A stretch of DNA of 64,000 nt, from NCBI GenBank assembly GCA_964016885.1, contig OZ024740.1:21142001-21206000 (forward strand), given 5' to 3'. The position numbers and the translations under genes were made by a program. Below are positions 46,155 through 62,051 of this stretch, piece after piece. This DNA is from Eledone cirrhosa. Its lineage: Eukaryota. The notes below the pieces were generated by a model. That model made no database searches. It had not been told where the DNA came from and was given only the letters and a program-made list of their open reading frames with translations. Each line of letters opens with the position of its first letter. Within the stretch, counting starts at the first letter, position 1.

Positions 46155-46241
46155 TGCCTAATGTAGTCCAAGATATACTGTCTGATAATATCACATTGAA
46201 AGAAGGAATGGTACATTGTCTAATGTAGTCCAAGATATATT
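46155..46241 (-). repeat. 87-bp inverted satellite segment, TGCCT allele
   Basis: Same block, with a private C>T at 46240. Confidence 0.97.
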
Positions 46242-49200
46242 ATGTACCATTCCTTCTTTCAATGTCATATTATCAGACAGTATATCTTCGACTACAATAG
46301 ACAATGTACCATTCCTACTTTCAATGTGATATTAACAGACAGTATATCTTGGACTACATTAGACAATGTACCATTCCTTCTTTCAATGTGATATTATCAG
46401 ACAGTATATCATGGACTACATTATACAATGTACCATTCCTTCTTTCAATGTTATATTATCAGACTGTATATCTTGGACTACAATAGACAATATACCGTTC
46501 CTTCTTTTAATGTGATATTATTAGACAGTATATCTTGGACTAAATTAGACAATGTAACATTCCTGCTTTCAATGTGATATTATCAGACAGTATATCTTGG
46601 ACTACATTAGACAATGTACCATTTCTTCTTTCAATGTGATATTATCAGACAGTATACGTTGGACTACATTAGACAATGTACCGTTCCTTCTTTCAATGTG
46701 ATATTATCAGACAGTATATCTTGGACAACATTAGACAATGTACCATTCTTTCTTTCAAGGTGATATTATCAGACAGTATATCTTGGACTACAATAGACAA
46801 TGTACCATTCCTACTTTCAATGTGATATTATCAGACAGTATATCTTGGACTACATTAGACAATGTACCATTCCTTCTTTCCATGTGATATTATCAGACAG
46901 TATATCATGGACTACATTATACAATGTACCATTCCTTCTTTCAATGTTATAATATCAGACTGTATATCTTGGACTACAGTAGACAATATACCATTCCTTC
47001 TTTCAATGTGATATTATCAGACAGTATATCTTGGACTACATTAGACAATGTACCATTCCTTCTTTCAATGTGATATTATCAGACAGTATATCTTGGACTA
47101 CATTAAACAATGTACCATTCCTTCTTTCAATGGGATATTATCAGACAGTATATCTTGGACTACATTAGACAATGTACCATTCCTTCTTTCAAGGTGATAT
47201 TATCAGACAGTATATCTTGGACTACATTAGACAATGTACCATTCCTTCTTTCAACGTCATATTATCAGACAGTATATCTTCGACTACGTTAGACAATGTA
47301 CCATTCCTTCTTTCAATGTGATATTATCAAACAGTATATCTTGGACTACATTAGACAATGTATCGTTCCTTCTTTCAATGTGATATTATCAGACAGTATA
47401 TCTTGGACTGCATTATACAATGTACCATTCCTTCATTCAATGTTATATTATCAGACGGTATATCTTGGACTACATTAGACAATATACCTTTCCTTCTTTC
47501 AATGTGATATTATCAGACAGTATATCTTGGACTACATTAGACAATGTACCATTCCTTCTTTCAATGTGATATTATCAGACAGTATATCTTGGACTACATT
47601 ATGCAATGTACCATTCCTTCTTTCAATCTAATATTATCAGACTGTATATCTTGGACTACATTAGACAATGTACCATTCCTTCTTTCAATGTGATATTATC
47701 AGACAGTATAACTTTGACTACATTAGACAAAGTACCATTACTTCTTTCAATGTGATATTATCAGACAGTATATCTTGGACTACATTAGACAATGTACCAT
47801 TCCTTCTTTCAATGTGATATTATCAGACAGTATATCTTGGACTACAATAGACAATGTACCATTCCTACTTTCAATGTGATATTAACAGACAGTATATCTT
47901 GGACTACATTAGACAATGTACCATTCCTTCTTTCAATGTGATATTATCAGACAGTATATCATGGACTACATTATACAATGTACCATTCCTTCTTTCAATG
48001 TTATATTATCAGACTGTATATCTTGGACTACATTAGACAATATACCGTTCCTTCTTTCAATGTGATATTATCAGACAGTATATCTTGGACTAAATTAGAC
48101 AATGTACCATTCCTTCTTTCAATGTGATATTATCAGACAGTATATCTTGGACTACATTAGACAATGTACCATTTCTTCTTTCAATGTGATATTATCAGAC
48201 AGTATATCTTGGACTACATTAGACAATGTACCGTTCCTTCTTTCAATGTGATATTATCAGACAGTATATCTTGGACAACATTAGACAATGTACCATTCTT
48301 TCTTTCAAGGTGATATTATCAGACAGTATATCTTGGACTACAATAGACAATGTACCATTCCTACTTTCAATGTGATATTATCAGACAGTATATCTTGGAC
48401 TACATTAGACAATGTACCATTCCTTCTTTCCATGTGATATTATCAGACAGTATATCATGGACTACATTATACAATGTACCATTCCTTCTTTCAATGTTAT
48501 AATATCAGACTGTATATCTTGGACTACAGTAGACAATATACCATTCCTTCTTTCAATGTGATATTATCAGACAGTATATCTTGGACTACATTAGACAATG
48601 TACCATTCCTTCTTTCAATGTGATATTAACAGACAGTATATCTTGGACTACATTAGACAATGTACCATTCCTTCTTTCAATGGGATATTATCAGACAGTA
48701 TATCTTGGACTACATTAGACAATGTACCATTCCTTCTTTCAAGGTGATATTATCAGACAGTATATCTTGGACTACATTAGACAATGTACCATTCCTTCTT
48801 TCAACGTCATATTATCAGACAGTATATCTTCGACTACGTTAGACAATGTACCATTCCTTCTTTCAATGTGATATTATCAAACAGTATATCTTGGACTACA
48901 TTAGACAATGTATCGTTCCTTCTTTCAATGTGATATTATCAGACAGTATACCTTGGACTACATTAGACAATGTACCATTCCTTCTTTCAAGGTGATATTA
49001 TCAGACAGTATATCTTGGACTACATTAGACAATGTACCATTCCTTCTTTCAATGGGATATTATCAGACAGTATATCTTGGACTACATTAGACAATATACC
49101 ATTCCTTCTTTCAATGTGATATTATCAGACAGTATATCTTGGACTACATTAGACAATGTACCATTCCTTCTTTCAATGTTATATTATCAGACAGTATATC

Positions 49201-51300
49201 TTGGACGACATTAGACAATGTACCTTTCCTTCTTTCAATGTGATATTATCAGACAGTATATCTTGGACTTCATTAGACAATGTACCATTCCTTCTTTCAA
49301 TGGGATATTATAAGACAGTATATCTTGGACTACATTAGACAATAGTCCATTCCTTCTTTCAATATGATATTATCAGACAGTATATCTTGGACTACATTAG
49401 ACAATGTACCATTCCTTCTTTCAATGTGATATTATCAGACAGTATAACTTTGACTACATTAGACAAAGTACCATTCCTTCTTTCAATGTGATATTATCAG
49501 ACAGTATATCTTGGACTACATTAGACAATGTACCATTCCTTCTTTCAATGTGATATTATCAGACAGTATAACTTTGACTACATTAGACAAAGTACCATTA
49601 CTTCTTTCAATGTGATATTATCAGACAGTATATCTTGGACTACATTAGACAATGTACCATTCCTTCTTTCAATGTGATATTATCAGACAGTATATCTTGG
49701 ACTACAATAGACAATGTACCATTCCTACTTTCAATGTGATATTAACAGACAGTATAACTTGGACTACATTAGACAATGTACCATTCCTTCTTTCAATGTG
49801 ATATTATCAGACAGTATATCATGGACTACATTATACAATGTACCATTCCTTCTTTCAATGTTATATTATCAGACTGTATATCTTGGACTACATTAGACAA
49901 TATAACGTTCCTTCTTTCAATGTGATATTATCAGACAGTATATCTTGGACTAAATTAGACAATGTACCATTCCTTCTTTCAATGTGATATTATCAGACAG
50001 TATATCTTGGACTACATTAGACAATGTACCATTTCTTCTTTCAATGTGATATTATCAGACAGTATATCTTGGACTACATTAGACAATGTACCGTTCCTTC
50101 TTTCAATGTGATATTATCAGACAGTATATCTTGGACAACATTAGACAATGTACCATTCTTTCTTTCAAGGTGATATTATCAGACAGTATATCTTTGACTA
50201 CAATAGACAATGTACCATTCCTACTTTCAATGTGATATTATCAGACAGTATATCTTGGACTACATTAGACAATGTACCATTCCTTCTTCCCATGTGATAT
50301 TATCAGACAGTATATCATGGACTACATTATACAATGTACCATTCCTTCTTTCAATGTTATAATATCAGACTGTATATCTTGGACTACAGTAGACAATATA
50401 CCATTCCTTCTTTCAATGTGATATTATCAGACAGTATATCTTGGACTACATTAGACAATGTACCATTCCTTCTTTCAATGTGATATTATCAGACAGTATA
50501 TCTTGGACTACATTAGACAATGTACCATTCCTTCTTTCAATGGAATATTATCAGACAGTATATCTTGGACTACATTAGACAATGTACCATTCCTTCTTTC
50601 AAGGTGATATTATCAGACAGTATATCTTGGACTACATTAGACAATGTACCATTCCTTCTTTCAACGTCATATTATCAGACAGTATATCTTCAACTACGTT
50701 AGACAATGTACCATTCCTTCTTTCAATGTGATATTATCAAACAGTATATCTTGGACTACATTAGACAATGTATAGTTCCTTCTTTCAATGTGATATTATC
50801 AGACAGTATATCTTCGACTACGTTAGACAATGTACCATTCCTTCTTTCAATGTGATATTATCAGACAGTATATCTTGGACTGCATTATTCAATGTACCAT
50901 TCCTTCTTTCAATGTTATATTATCAGACGGTATATCTTGGACTACATTAGACAATATACCATTCCTACTTTCAATGTGATATTATCAGACAGTATATCTT
51001 GGACTACATTATGCAATGTACCATTCCTTCTTTCAATCTAATATTATCAGACTGTATATCTTGGACTACATTAGACAATATACCATTCCTTCTTTCAATG
51101 TGATATTATCAGACAGTATATCTTGGACTACATTAGACAATGTACCATTCCTTCTTTCAATGGGATATTATCAGACAGTATATCTTGGACTACATTAGAC
51201 AATATACCAATCCTTCTTTCAATGTGATATTATCAGACAGTATATCTTGGACTACATTAGACAATGTACCATTACTTCTTTCAATGTGATATTAACAGAC

Positions 51301-51387
51301 TGTCTAATGTAGTCCAAGATATACTGTCTGATAATATCACATTGAAAGAAGGAATGGTACATTGTCTAATGTAGTCCAAGATATACT
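51301..51387 (-). repeat. 87-bp inverted satellite segment, TGTCT allele (exact reverse complement of consensus)
   Basis: Same block and breakpoints. Confidence 0.97.
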
Positions 51388-52726
51388 ATGTACCATTCCT
51401 TCTTTCAATGTCATATTATCAGACAGTATATCTTCGACTACATTAGACAATGTACCATTCCTTCTTTCAATGTGATATTATCAAACAGTATATCTTGGAC
51501 TACATTAGACAATGTATCGTTCCTTCTTTCAATGTGATATTATCAGACAGTATATGTTGGACTCCATTAGACAATGTACCATTTCTTCTTTCAATGTGAT
51601 ATTATCAGACAGTATATCTTGGACTGCATTAGACAATGTACCATTCCTTCTTTCAAGGTGATATTATCAGACAGTATATCTTGGACTACACTAGACAATG
51701 AACCATTCCTTCTTTCAAGGTGATATTATCAGACAGTATATCTTGAACTAAATTAGACAATGTACCATTCCTTCTTTCAATGTCATATTATCAGACAGTA
51801 TATCTTGGACTTCATTAGACAATATACCATTCCTTCTTTCAATGTGATATTATCAGACAGTATATCTTGGACTACATTAGACAATGTACCATTCCTTCTT
51901 TCAAGGTGATATTATCAGACAGTATATCTTGGACTACATTAGACCATGTACCATTCCTTCTTTCAAGGTGATATTATCAGACAGTATATCTTGGACTACA
52001 TTAGACAATGTACCATTCCTTCCTTCAAGGTGATATTATCAGACAGTATATCTTGGACTACATTAGACAATGTACCATTCCTTCTTTCAATGTTATATTA
52101 TCAGACAGTATATCTTCGACTACATTAGACAATATACCATTCCTTCTTTCAATGTGATATTATCAGACAGTATATCTTGGACAACATTAGACAATGTACC
52201 ATTCTTTCTTTCAAGGTGATATTATCAGACAGTATATCTTGGACTACAATAGACAATGTACCATTCCTACTTTCAATGTGATATTAACAAACAGTATATC
52301 TTGGACTACATTATACAATGTACCATTCCTTCTTTCAATGTTATATTATCAGACTGTATATCTTGGACTACATTAGACAATATACCATTCCTTCTTTCAA
52401 TGTGATATTATCAGACAGTATATCTTGGACTACATTAGACAATGTACCATTCCTTCTTTCAATGTGATATTATCAGACAGTATATTTTGGACTACATTAG
52501 ACAATGTACCATTCCTTCTTTCAATGGGATATTATCAGACAGTATATCTTGGACTACATTAGACAATGTACCATTCCTTCTTTCAAGGTGATATTATCAG
52601 ACAGTATATCTTGGACTACATTAGACAATGTACCATTCCTTCTTTCAATGTGATATTATCAGACAGTGTATCTTGGACTACATTAGACAATGTACCATTC
52701 CTTCTGTCAATGTGATATTATCAGAC

Positions 52727-52813
52727 TGTCTAATGTAGTCCAAGATATACTGTCTGATAATATCACATTGAAAGAAGGAATGGTACATTGTCTAATGTAG
52801 TCCAAGATATACT
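52727..52813 (-). repeat. 87-bp inverted satellite segment, TGTCT allele
   Basis: Same block and breakpoints. Confidence 0.97.
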
Positions 52814-54400
52814 ATGTACCATTCCTTCTTTCAATGTCATATTATCAGACAGTATATCTTCGACTACATTAGACAATGTACCATTCCTTCTTTCAATGTG
52901 ATATTATCAAACAGTATATCTTGGACTACATTAGACAATGTATCCTTCCTTCTTTCAATGTGATATTATCAGACAGTATACCTTGGACTACATTAGACAA
53001 TGTACCATTCCTTCTTTCAATGTGATATTATCAGACAGTATATCTTGGACTGCATTAGACAATGTACCTTTCCTTCGTTCAAGGTGATATTATCAGACAG
53101 TATATCTTGGACTACACTAGACAATGTACCATTCCTTCTTTCAAGGTGATATTATCAGACAGTATATCTTGGACTAAATTAGACAATGTACCATTCCTTC
53201 TTTCAATGTCATATTATCAGACAGTATATCTTGGACTTCATTAGACAATATACCATTCCTTCTTTCAATGTGATATTATCAGACAGTATATCTTGGACTA
53301 CCTTAGACAATGTACCATTCCTTCTTTCATGGTGATATTATCAGACAGTATATCTTGGACTACATTAGACAATGTACCATTCCTTCTTTCAAGGTGATAT
53401 TATCAGACAGTATATCTTGGACTACATTAGACAATGTATCGTTCCTTCTTTCAATGTGATATTATCAGACAGTATATCTTGGACTACATTAGACAATGTA
53501 CCATTCCTTCTTTCAATGTGATATTATCAGACAGTATATCTTGGACTACATTAGACAATGTACCATTCCTTCTTTCAATGGGATATTAGCAGACAGTATA
53601 TCTTGGACTACATTAGACAATATACCATTCCTTCTTTCAATATGATATTATCAGACAGTATATCTTGGACTACATTAGACAATGTACCATTCCTTCTTTC
53701 AATCGGATATTATCAGACAGTATATCTTGGACTACATTAGACAATATACCATTCCTTCTTTCAATGTGATATTATCAGACAGTATATCTTGGACTACATT
53801 AGACAATGTACCATTCCTTCTTTAAATGTGGTATTATCAGACAGTATATTTTGGACTACATTAGACAATGTACCATTCCTTCTTTCAATGGGATATTATC
53901 AGACAGTATATCTTGGACTACATTAGACAATGTACCATTCCTTCTTTCAAGGTGATATTATCAGACAGTATATCTTGGACTACATTAGACAATGTACCAT
54001 TCCTTCTTTCAATGTGATATTATCAGACAGTGTATCTTGGACTACATTAGACAATATACCATTCCTTCTTTCAATGTGATATTATCAGACAGTATATCTT
54101 GGACTACATTAGACAATGTACCATTCCTTCTTTCAATGTGATATTATCAGACAGTATATTTTGGACTACATTAGACAATGTACCATTCCTTCTTTCAATG
54201 GGATATTATCAGACAGTATATCTTGGACTACATTAGACAATGTACCATTCCTTCTTTCAAGGTGATATTATCAGACAGTATATCTTGGACTACATTAGAC
54301 AATGTACCATTCCTTCTTTCAATGTGATATTATCAGACAGTGTATCTTGGACTACATTAGACAATGTACCATTCCTTCTGTCAATGTGATATTATCAGAC

Positions 54401-54487
54401 TGTCTAATGTAGTCCAAGATATACTGTCTGATAATATCACATTGAAAGAAGGAATGGTACATTGTCTAATGTAGTCCAAGATATACT
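54401..54487 (-). repeat. 87-bp inverted satellite segment, TGTCT allele
   Basis: Same block and breakpoints. Confidence 0.97.
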
Positions 54488-56756
54488 ATGTACCATTCCT
54501 TCTTTCAATGTCATATTATCAGACAGTATATCTTCGACTACATTAGACAATGTACCATTCCTTCTTTCAATCTGATATTATCAAACAGTATATCTTGGAC
54601 TACATTAGACAATGTATCCTTCCTTCTTTCAATGTGATATTATCAGACAGTATACCTTGGACTACATTAGACAATGTACCATTCCTTCTTTCAATGTGAT
54701 ATTATCAGACAGTATATCTTGGACTGCATTAGACAATGTACCTTTCCTTCGTTCAAGGTGATATTATCAGACAGTATATCTTGGACTACACTAGACAATG
54801 TACCATTCCTTCTTTCAAGGTGATATTATCAGACAGTATATCTTGGACTAAATTAGACAATGTACCATTCCTTCTTTCAATGTCATATTATCAGACAGTA
54901 TATCTTGGACTTCATTAGACAATATACCATTCCTTCTTTCAATGTGATATTATCAGACAGTATATCTTGGACTACCTTAGACAATGTACCATTCCTTCTT
55001 TCATGGTGATATTATCAGACAGTATATCTTGGACTACATTAGACAATGTACCATTCCTTCTTTCAAGGTGATATTATCAGACAGTATATCTTGGACTACA
55101 TTAGACAATGTATCGTTCCTTCTTTCAATGTGATATTATCAGACAGTATATCTTGGACTACATTAGACAATGTACCATTCCTTCTTTCAATGTGATATTA
55201 TCAGACAGTATATCTTGGACTACATTAGACAATGTACCATTCCTTCTTTCAATGGGATATTAGCAGACAGTATATCTTGGACTACATTAGACAATATACC
55301 ATTCCTTCTTTCAATATGATATTATCAGACAGTATATCTTGGACTACATTAGACAATGTACCATTCCTTCTTTCAATCGGATATTATCAGACAGTATATC
55401 TTGGACTACATTAGACAATATACCATTCCTTCTTTCAATGTGATATTATCAGACAATATATCTTGGACTACATTAGACAATGTACCATTCCTTCTTTCAA
55501 TGTGATATTATCAAACAGTATATCTTGGACTACATTAGACAATGTATCGTTCCTTCTTTCAATGTGATATTATCAGACAGTATATGTTGGACTACATTAG
55601 ACAATGTACCATTTCTTCTTTCAATGTGATATTATCAGACAGTATATCTTGGACTGCATTAGACAATGTACCATTCCTTCTTTCAAGGTGATATTATCAG
55701 ACAGTATATCTTGGACTACACTAGACAATGAACCATTCCTTCTTTCAAGGTGATATTATCAGACAGTATATCTTGAACTAAATTAGACAATGTACCATTC
55801 CTTCTTTCAATGTCATATTATCAGACAGTATATCTTGGACTTCATTAGACAATATACCATTCCTTCTTTCAATGTGATATTATCAGACAGTATATCTTGG
55901 ACTACATTAGACAATGTACCATTCCTTCTTTCAAGGTGATATTATCAGACAGTATATCTTGGACTACATTAGACCATGTACCATTCCTTCTTTCAAGGTG
56001 ATATTATCAGACAGTATATCTTGGACTACATTAGACAATGTACCATTCCTTCCTTCAAGGTGATATTATCAGACAGTATATCTTGGACTACATTAGACAA
56101 TGTACCATTCCTTCTTTCAATGTTATATTATCAGACAGTATATCTTCGACTACATTAGACAATATACCATTCCTTCTTTCAATGTGATATTATCAGACAG
56201 TATATCTTGGACAACATTAGACAATGTACCATTCTTTCTTTCAAGGTGATATTATCAGACAGTATATCTTGGACTACAATAGACAATGTACCATTCCTAC
56301 TTTCAATGTGATATTAACAAACAGTATATCTTGGACTACATTATACAATGTACCATTCCTTCTTTCAATGTTATATTATCAGACTGTATATCTTGGACTA
56401 CATTAGACAATATACCATTCCTTCTTTCAATGTGATATTATCAGACAGTATATCTTGGACTACATTAGACAATGTACCATTCCTTCTTTCAATGTGATAT
56501 TATCAGACAGTATATTTTGGACTACATTAGACAATGTACCATTCCTTCTTTCAATGGGATATTATCAGACAGTATATCTTGGACTACATTAGACAATGTA
56601 CCATTCCTTCTTTCAAGGTGATATTATCAGACAGTATATCTTGGACTACATTAGACAATGTACCATTCCTTCTTTCAATGTGATATTATCAGACAGTGTA
56701 TCTTGGACTACATTAGACAATGTACCATTCCTTCTGTCAATGTGATATTATCAGAC

Positions 56757-56843
56757 TGTCTAATGTAGTCCAAGATATACTGTCTGATAATATCACATTG
56801 AAAGAAGGAATGGTACATTGTCTAATGTAGTCCAAGATATACT
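56757..56843 (-). repeat. 87-bp inverted satellite segment, TGTCT allele
   Basis: Same block and breakpoints. Confidence 0.97.
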
Positions 56844-58430
56844 ATGTACCATTCCTTCTTTCAATGTCATATTATCAGACAGTATATCTTCGACTACATT
56901 AGACAATGTACCATTCCTTCTTTCAATGTGATATTATCAAACAGTATATCTTGGACTACATTAGACAATGTATCCTTCCTTCTTTCAATGTGATATTATC
57001 AGACAGTATACCTTGGACTACATTAGACAATGTACCATTCCTTCTTTCAATGTGATATTATCAGACAGTATATCTTGGACTGCATTAGACAATGTACCTT
57101 TCCTTCGTTCAAGGTGATATTATCAGACAGTATATCTTGGACTACACTAGACAATGTACCATTCCTTCTTTCAAGGTGATATTATCAGACAGTATATCTT
57201 GGACTAAATTAGACAATGTACCATTCCTTCTTTCAATGTCATATTATCAGACAGTATATCTTGGACTTCATTAGACAATATACCATTCCTTCTTTCAATG
57301 TGATATTATCAGACAGTATATCTTGGACTACCTTAGACAATGTACCATTCCTTCTTTCATGGTGATATTATCAGACAGTATATCTTGGACTACATTAGAC
57401 AATGTACCATTCCTTCTTTCAAGGTGATATTATCAGACAGTATATCTTGGACTACATTAGACAATGTATCGTTCCTTCTTTCAATGTGATATTATCAGAC
57501 AGTATATCTTGGACTACATTAGACAATGTACCATTCCTTCTTTCAATGTGATATTATCAGACAGTATATCTTGGACTACATTAGACAATGTACCATTCCT
57601 TCTTTCAATGGGATATTAGCAGACAGTATATCTTGGACTACATTAGACAATATACCATTCCTTCTTTCAATATGATATTATCAGACAGTATATCTTGGAC
57701 TACATTAGACAATGTACCATTCCTTCTTTCAATCGGATATTATCAGACAGTATATCTTGGACTACATTAGACAATATACCATTCCTTCTTTCAATGTGAT
57801 ATTATCAGACAGTATATCTTGGACTACATTAGACAATGTACCATTCCTTCTTTAAATGTGGTATTATCAGACAGTATATTTTGGACTACATTAGACAATG
57901 TACCATTCCTTCTTTCAATGGGATATTATCAGACAGTATATCTTGGACTACATTAGACAATGTACCATTCCTTCTTTCAAGGTGATATTATCAGACAGTA
58001 TATCTTGGACTACATTAGACAATGTACCATTCCTTCTTTCAATGTGATATTATCAGACAGTGTATCTTGGACTACATTAGACAATATACCATTCCTTCTT
58101 TCAATGTGATATTATCAGACAGTATATCTTGGACTACATTAGACAATGTACCATTCCTTCTTTCAATGTGATATTATCAGACAGTATATTTTGGACTACA
58201 TTAGACAATGTACCATTCCTTCTTTCAATGGGATATTATCAGACAGTATATCTTGGACTACATTAGACAATGTACCATTCCTTCTTTCAAGGTGATATTA
58301 TCAGACAGTATATCTTGGACTACATTAGACAATGTACCATTCCTTCTTTCAATGTGATATTATCAGACAGTGTATCTTGGACTACATTAGACAATGTACC
58401 ATTCCTTCTGTCAATGTGATATTATCAGAC

Positions 58431-58517
58431 TGTCTAATGTAGTCCAAGATATACTGTCTGATAATATCACATTGAAAGAAGGAATGGTACATTGTCTAAT
58501 GTAGTCCAAGATATACT
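58431..58517 (-). repeat. 87-bp inverted satellite segment, TGTCT allele
   Basis: Same block and breakpoints. Confidence 0.97.
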
Positions 58518-59856
58518 ATGTACCATTCCTTCTTTCAATGTCATATTATCAGACAGTATATCTTCGACTACATTAGACAATGTACCATTCCTTCTTTCAA
58601 TCTGATATTATCAAACAGTATATCTTGGACTACATTAGACAATGTATCCTTCCTTCTTTCAATGTGATATTATCAGACAGTATACCTTGGACTACATTAG
58701 ACAATGTACCATTCCTTCTTTCAATGTGATATTATCAGACAGTATATCTTGGACTGCATTAGACAATGTACATTTCCTTCGTTCAAGGTGATATTATCAG
58801 ACAGTATATCTTGGACTACACTAGACAATGTACCATTCCTTCTTTCAAGGTGATATTATCAGACAGTATATCTTGGACTAAATTAGACAATGTACCATTC
58901 CTTCTTTCAATGTCATATTATCAGACAGTATATCTTGGACTTCATTAGACAATATACCATTCCTTCTTTCAATGTGATATTATCAGACAGTATATCTTGG
59001 ACTACCTTAGACAATGTACCATTCCTTCTTTCATGGTGATATTATCAGACAGTATATCTTGGACTACATTAGACAATGTACCATTCCTTCTTTCAAGGTG
59101 ATATTATCAGACAGTATATCTTGGACTACATTAGACAATGTATCGTTCCTTCTTTCAATGTGATATTATCAGACAGTATATCTTGGACTACATTAGACAA
59201 TGTACCATTCCTTCTTTCAATGTGATATTATCAGACAGTATATCTTGGACTACATTAGACAATGTACCATTCCTTCTTTCAATGGGATATTAGCTGACAG
59301 TATATCTTGGACTACATTAGACAATATACCATTCCTTCTTTCAATATGATATTATCCGACAGTATATCTTGGACTACATTAGACAATGTACCATTCCTTC
59401 TTTCAATCGGATATTATCAGACAGTATATCTTGGACTACATTAGAGAATATACCATTCCTTCTTTCAATGTGATATTATCAGACAATATATCTTGGACTA
59501 CATTAGACAATGTACCATTTCTTCTTTCAATGTTATATTATCAGACAGTATATCTTGGACTACATTAGACAATGTTCCATTCCTTCTTTCAATGTGATAT
59601 TATCAGACAGTATATCTTGGACTACATTAGACAATGTACCATTCCTTCTTTCAATGGGATATTATCAGACAGTATATCTTGGACTACATTAGACAATGTA
59701 CCATTCCTTCTTTCAAGGTGATATTATCAGACAGTATATCTTGGACTACATTAGACAATGTACTATTCCTTCTTTCAATGTGATATTATCAGACAGTGTA
59801 TCTTGGACTACATTATACAATGTACCATTCCTTCTGTCAATGTGATATTATCAGAC

Positions 59857-59943
59857 TGTCTAATGTAGTCCAAGATATACTGTCTGATAATATCACATTG
59901 AAAGAAGGAATGGTACATTGTCTAATGTAGTCCAAGTTATACT
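59857..59943 (-). repeat. 87-bp inverted satellite segment, TGTCT allele
   Basis: Same block, with A>T at 59937 shared with the next copy. Confidence 0.97.
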
Positions 59944-60662
59944 ATGTACCATTCCTTCTTTCAATGTCATATTATCAGACAGTATATCTTTGACTACATT
60001 AGACAATGTACCATTCCTTCTTTCAATGTGATATTATCAAACAGTATATCTTGGACTACACTAGACAATGAACCATTCCTTCTTTCAAGGTGATATTATC
60101 AGACAGTATATCTTGGACTAAATTAGACAATGTACCATTCCTTCTTTCAATGTCATATTATCAGACAGTATATCTTGGACTTCATTAGACAATATACCAT
60201 TCCTTCTTTCAATGTGATATTATCAGACAGTATATCTTGGACTACATTAGACAATGTACCATTCCTTCTTTCAAGGTGATATTATCAGACAGTATATCTT
60301 GGACTACATTAGACAATGTACCATTCCTTCTTTCAAGGTGATATTATCAGACAGTATATCTTGGACTACATTAGACAATGTACCATTCCTTCTTTCAATG
60401 TTATATTATCAGACAGTATATCTTCGACTACATTAGACAATATACCATTCCTTCTTTCAATGTGATATTATCAGACAGTATATCTTGGACAACATTCGAC
60501 AATGTACCATTCTTTCTTTCAAGGTGATATTATCAGACAGTATATCTTGGACTACAATAGACAATGTACCATTCCTTCTTTCAATGTGATATTATCAGAC
60601 AGTGTATCTTGGACTACATTAGACAATGTACCATTCCTTCTGTCAATGTGATATTATCAGAC

Positions 60663-60749
60663 TGTCTAATGTAGTCCAAGATATACTGTCTGATAATATC
60701 ACATTGAAAGAAGGAATGGTACATTGTCTAATGTAGTCCAAGTTATACT
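60663..60749 (-). repeat. 87-bp inverted satellite segment, TGTCT allele
   Basis: Same block, with A>T at 60743. Confidence 0.97.
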
Positions 60750-61964
60750 ATGTACCATTCCTTCTTTCAATGTCATATTATCAGACAGTATATCTTCGAC
60801 TACATTAGACAATGTACCATTCCTTCTTTCAATGTGATATTATCAAACAGTATATCTTGGACTACATTAGACAATGTATCGTTCCTTCTTTCAATGTGAT
60901 ATTATCAGACAGTATATCTTGGACTACATTAGACAATGTACCATTTCTTCTTTCAATGTGATATTATCAGACAGTATATCTTGGACTGCATTAGACAATG
61001 TACCATTCCTTCTTTCAAGGTGATATTATCAGACAGTATATCTTGGACTACACTAGACAATGAACCATTCCTTCTTTCAAGGTGATATTATCAGACAGTA
61101 TATCTTGGACTAAATTAGACAATGTACCATTCCTTCTTTCAATGTCATATTATCAGACAGTATATCTTGGACTTCATTAGACAATATACCATTCCTTCTT
61201 TCAATGTGATATTATCAGACAGTATATCTTGGACTACATTAGACAATGTACCATTCCTTCTTTCAAGGTGATATTATCAGACAGTATATCTTGGACTACA
61301 TTAGACAATGTACCATTCCTTCTTTCAAGGTGATATTATCAGACAGTATATCTTGGACTACATTAGACAATGTACCATTCCTTCTTTCAATGTTATATTA
61401 TCAGACAGTATATCTTCGACTACATTAGACAATATACCATTCCTTCTTTCAATGTGATATTATCAGACAGTATATCTTGGACAACATTCGACAATGTACC
61501 ATTCTTTCTTTCAAGGTGATATTATCAGACAGTATATCTTGGACTACAATAGACAATGTACCATTCCTACTTTCAATGTGATATTAACAGACAGTATATC
61601 TTGGACTACATTAGACAATGTACCATTCCTTCTTTCAATGTGATATTATCAGACAGTATATCATGGACTACATTATACAATGTACCATTCCTTCTTTCAA
61701 TGTTATATTATCAGACTGTATATCTTGGACTACATTAGACAATATACCATTCCTTCTTTCAATGTGATATTATCAGACAGTATATCTTGGACTACATTAG
61801 ACAATGTACCATTCCTTCTTTCAATGTGATATTATCAGACAGTATATCTTGGACTACATTAGACAATGTACCATTCCTTCTTTCAATGTGATATTATCAG
61901 ACAGTATATCTTGGACTACATTAGACAATGTACCATTCCTTCTGTCAATGTGATATTATCAGAC

Positions 61965-62051
61965 TGCCTAATGTAGTCCAAGATATACTGTCTGATAATA
62001 TCACATTGAAAGAAGGAATGGTACATTGTCTAATGTAGTCCAAGATATACT
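61965..62051 (-). repeat. 87-bp inverted satellite segment, TGCCT allele (outlier in the TGTCT domain)
   Basis: AGAC|TGCCTAATGTAG at 61961-61976. Confidence 0.97.

Larger units (their letters stand above)
51450..59509 (+). repeat. Higher-order repeat: 65-monomer (4030 bp) unit x2 with a nested 27-monomer (1674 bp) duplication
   Basis: Offset 4030 for 51946/55976 (AGACCATG), 52727/56757, 53062/57092 and 54401/58431. Offset 1674 for 52727/54401, 53062/54736 and 53558/55232. Confidence 0.87.
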
